DNA from: Parasitella parasitica NRRL 2501
Taxonomy: Eukaryota > Fungi > Mucoromycota
Length of the DNA: 64,000 nucleotides
Direction: 5' to 3'
Assembly: GCA_025201805.1 (NCBI GenBank)
Contig: MU619308.1
Span: forward strand, 70,443-134,442
Part shown: positions 62,691-64,000 of the stretch, in pieces
Position numbering within the stretch: position 1 is the stretch's first letter
How the letters are laid out: the number at the start of each line of letters is the position of its first letter
Position numbers and translations under genes: made by a program
The notes under the pieces: generated by a model
What the model saw: the letters and a program-made list of their open reading frames with translations, nothing else
The model's database searches: none
Told to the model about the DNA's origin: nothing

Positions 62691-63113
62691 CGTCTGGCAT
62701 AATTTAAAGTTGACGTTGAGCTCATATCCCACCAACAAGGCTAGAGGAGTACATGAATTGTGGCAGAGAGTAGAAGAACAATGGGCTACGTTTACCAAAG
62801 AAGGTTGTCGACGATATATTGATATCATGCCTGCAAGAATTGAAGCAGTAATCAAAGCTAAAGGTGTTCATACTAACTATTATTAGAGTGATTCTATAAG
62901 CACCCTGAAAAATGGTCTGGATGCACACATGAACTTTAGCCCCCAAATATTTCAATCTCAGTTGGCCAATCAAAGTCAAACTTCTATAGTCTATTAAAGT
63001 TCATTTTCTCTGTTCAACGACTTTGGTTTCATGCTAATCAGATAACTTTTTCATAAACTACATCTTGTTTTATCGAACTTTATAAAACTTCCGGACCAAT
63101 AATCCACCTACTG
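62689..63113 (+). mobile_element. Tc1/mariner DNA transposon remnant: transposase C-terminus and right end
   Basis: 62689-62886 translates NVWHNLKLTLSSYPTNKARGVHELWQRVEEQWATFTKEGCRRYIDIMPARIEAVIKAKGVHTNYY*, the typical Tc1 tail after SPDLNPIE. The element ends ...ccacctACTG followed by TA. Confidence 0.85.
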
Positions 63114-64000
63114 TATCTGTAACACTGAAGATCTGCCATGATTATATAGACAAGATATCATTGTAATTCACTTTAATCAACGTTTCGAGATTATCCAATG
63201 ATGTGATACACTTGTATAAACTGGAGAATAAATTCTCTGTTTCAAATCAAGAAGGTTATATTCCTGTAAGTAACACAGATCTGAGCACCAGGATAAAGAA
63301 GGTTAAGGCACTGTCAGATCAAAGACGTGGAGCGCTTGTTGTATTAACTTACATCGTACCTTGTCAAGTAGATTGTCACTGTGAATTAGTCTTGTCAATT
63401 AGTAATTTAAATAAGTCACCATAAATTTATGTAGTTGTTGTAAAAGGTTTAAATAGCAGATGCAATTTCGATCTTATATAAGCTATCTTTTAAGTTTCTG
63501 TATCTCGTTAATCTTTGGTTTTTATTATCTTTTTTGATCCAACAATATCAAAATCTGCATTCATGTCTTTATTTAATCCAAGGAGCTATCAGATGATAAT
63601 ATAACAAAAAATCTTTATATCAGAATTGCATTTAATCGATAGTAAGCTTCAATAAAGACCGAGATAAAGCCTCTGCTATGTGCCAATAGGACAAACATAA
63701 TTATCGCTATCTGAGCATAATTTGGGTTTTACTGGGCGGTGTCGCTATCAAAAGTTATGTGCAAAAACAATTTTACTTTTCATAATAATTGTAATGATTC
63801 ACATTACATGATGTCTCATTTTGCATGAAACATCCAATTATTATAAATAGGTCCAAAACCTTTACCAGATATTGGAACGCTAGTGAAAATATCTGTAATA
63901 GCTACTATAGTTTATTACCATAAACATTTCTCATATACTAGCAAATCTATTATCTATAAATCATCCTTATCACTGAAAACCTGATCTGTCACTACCGATC

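Larger units (their letters stand above)
61483..64000. repeat. Long inverted repeat: arms 61483-62248 and 63235-64000 (at least 766 bp, runs off the window), spacer ~986 bp
   Basis: The window end reverse-complements 61483 onward. The coordinate sums of the outer and inner ends are equal, so there is no net indel, and no mismatch was seen in spot checks. Confidence 0.92.

Overview
Intron-rich, AT-rich eukaryotic DNA. The short GT-AG introns and the gene repertoire point to an early-diverging fungus, most likely Mucorales (inferred). Bases 1-51 kb are gene-dense. In order they hold: the 3' end of a TFIIIC Tfc3-like gene, an FLVCR-like MFS transporter, two tandem multi-C2H2 zinc-finger paralogues, a nuclease-fold pseudogene, a WWE-like protein, a ~3250-aa CH-CH/rod/GAS2 spectraplakin-like protein, Acinus, a 2-Cys peroxiredoxin, a TONSL/Tonsoku-like protein, dynactin p22/p24, ATR/Mec1, a TBC Rab-GAP, an O-fucosyltransferase-like protein and glutamine synthetase. 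Bases 51-64 kb are gene-poor, with two small orphan paralogues and a cluster of modular, inverted and tandem repeats plus a Tc1/mariner remnant. The same repeat modules also occur at 43-44.4 kb. The most notable unexplained signal is a ~0.8-kb minus-strand unit at 26.5-27.4 kb. It has a TATA box, no minus-strand ORF, a long end-to-end helix and nested helices, making it a candidate structured lncRNA (telomerase RNA is one testable hypothesis). Other highlights are the fungal spectraplakin-like gene, an ankyrin-less TONSL next to ATR, and an inverted-repeat element bounded by palindromic, recombinase-like sites. All exon boundaries and family calls were read by eye; no searches were run.
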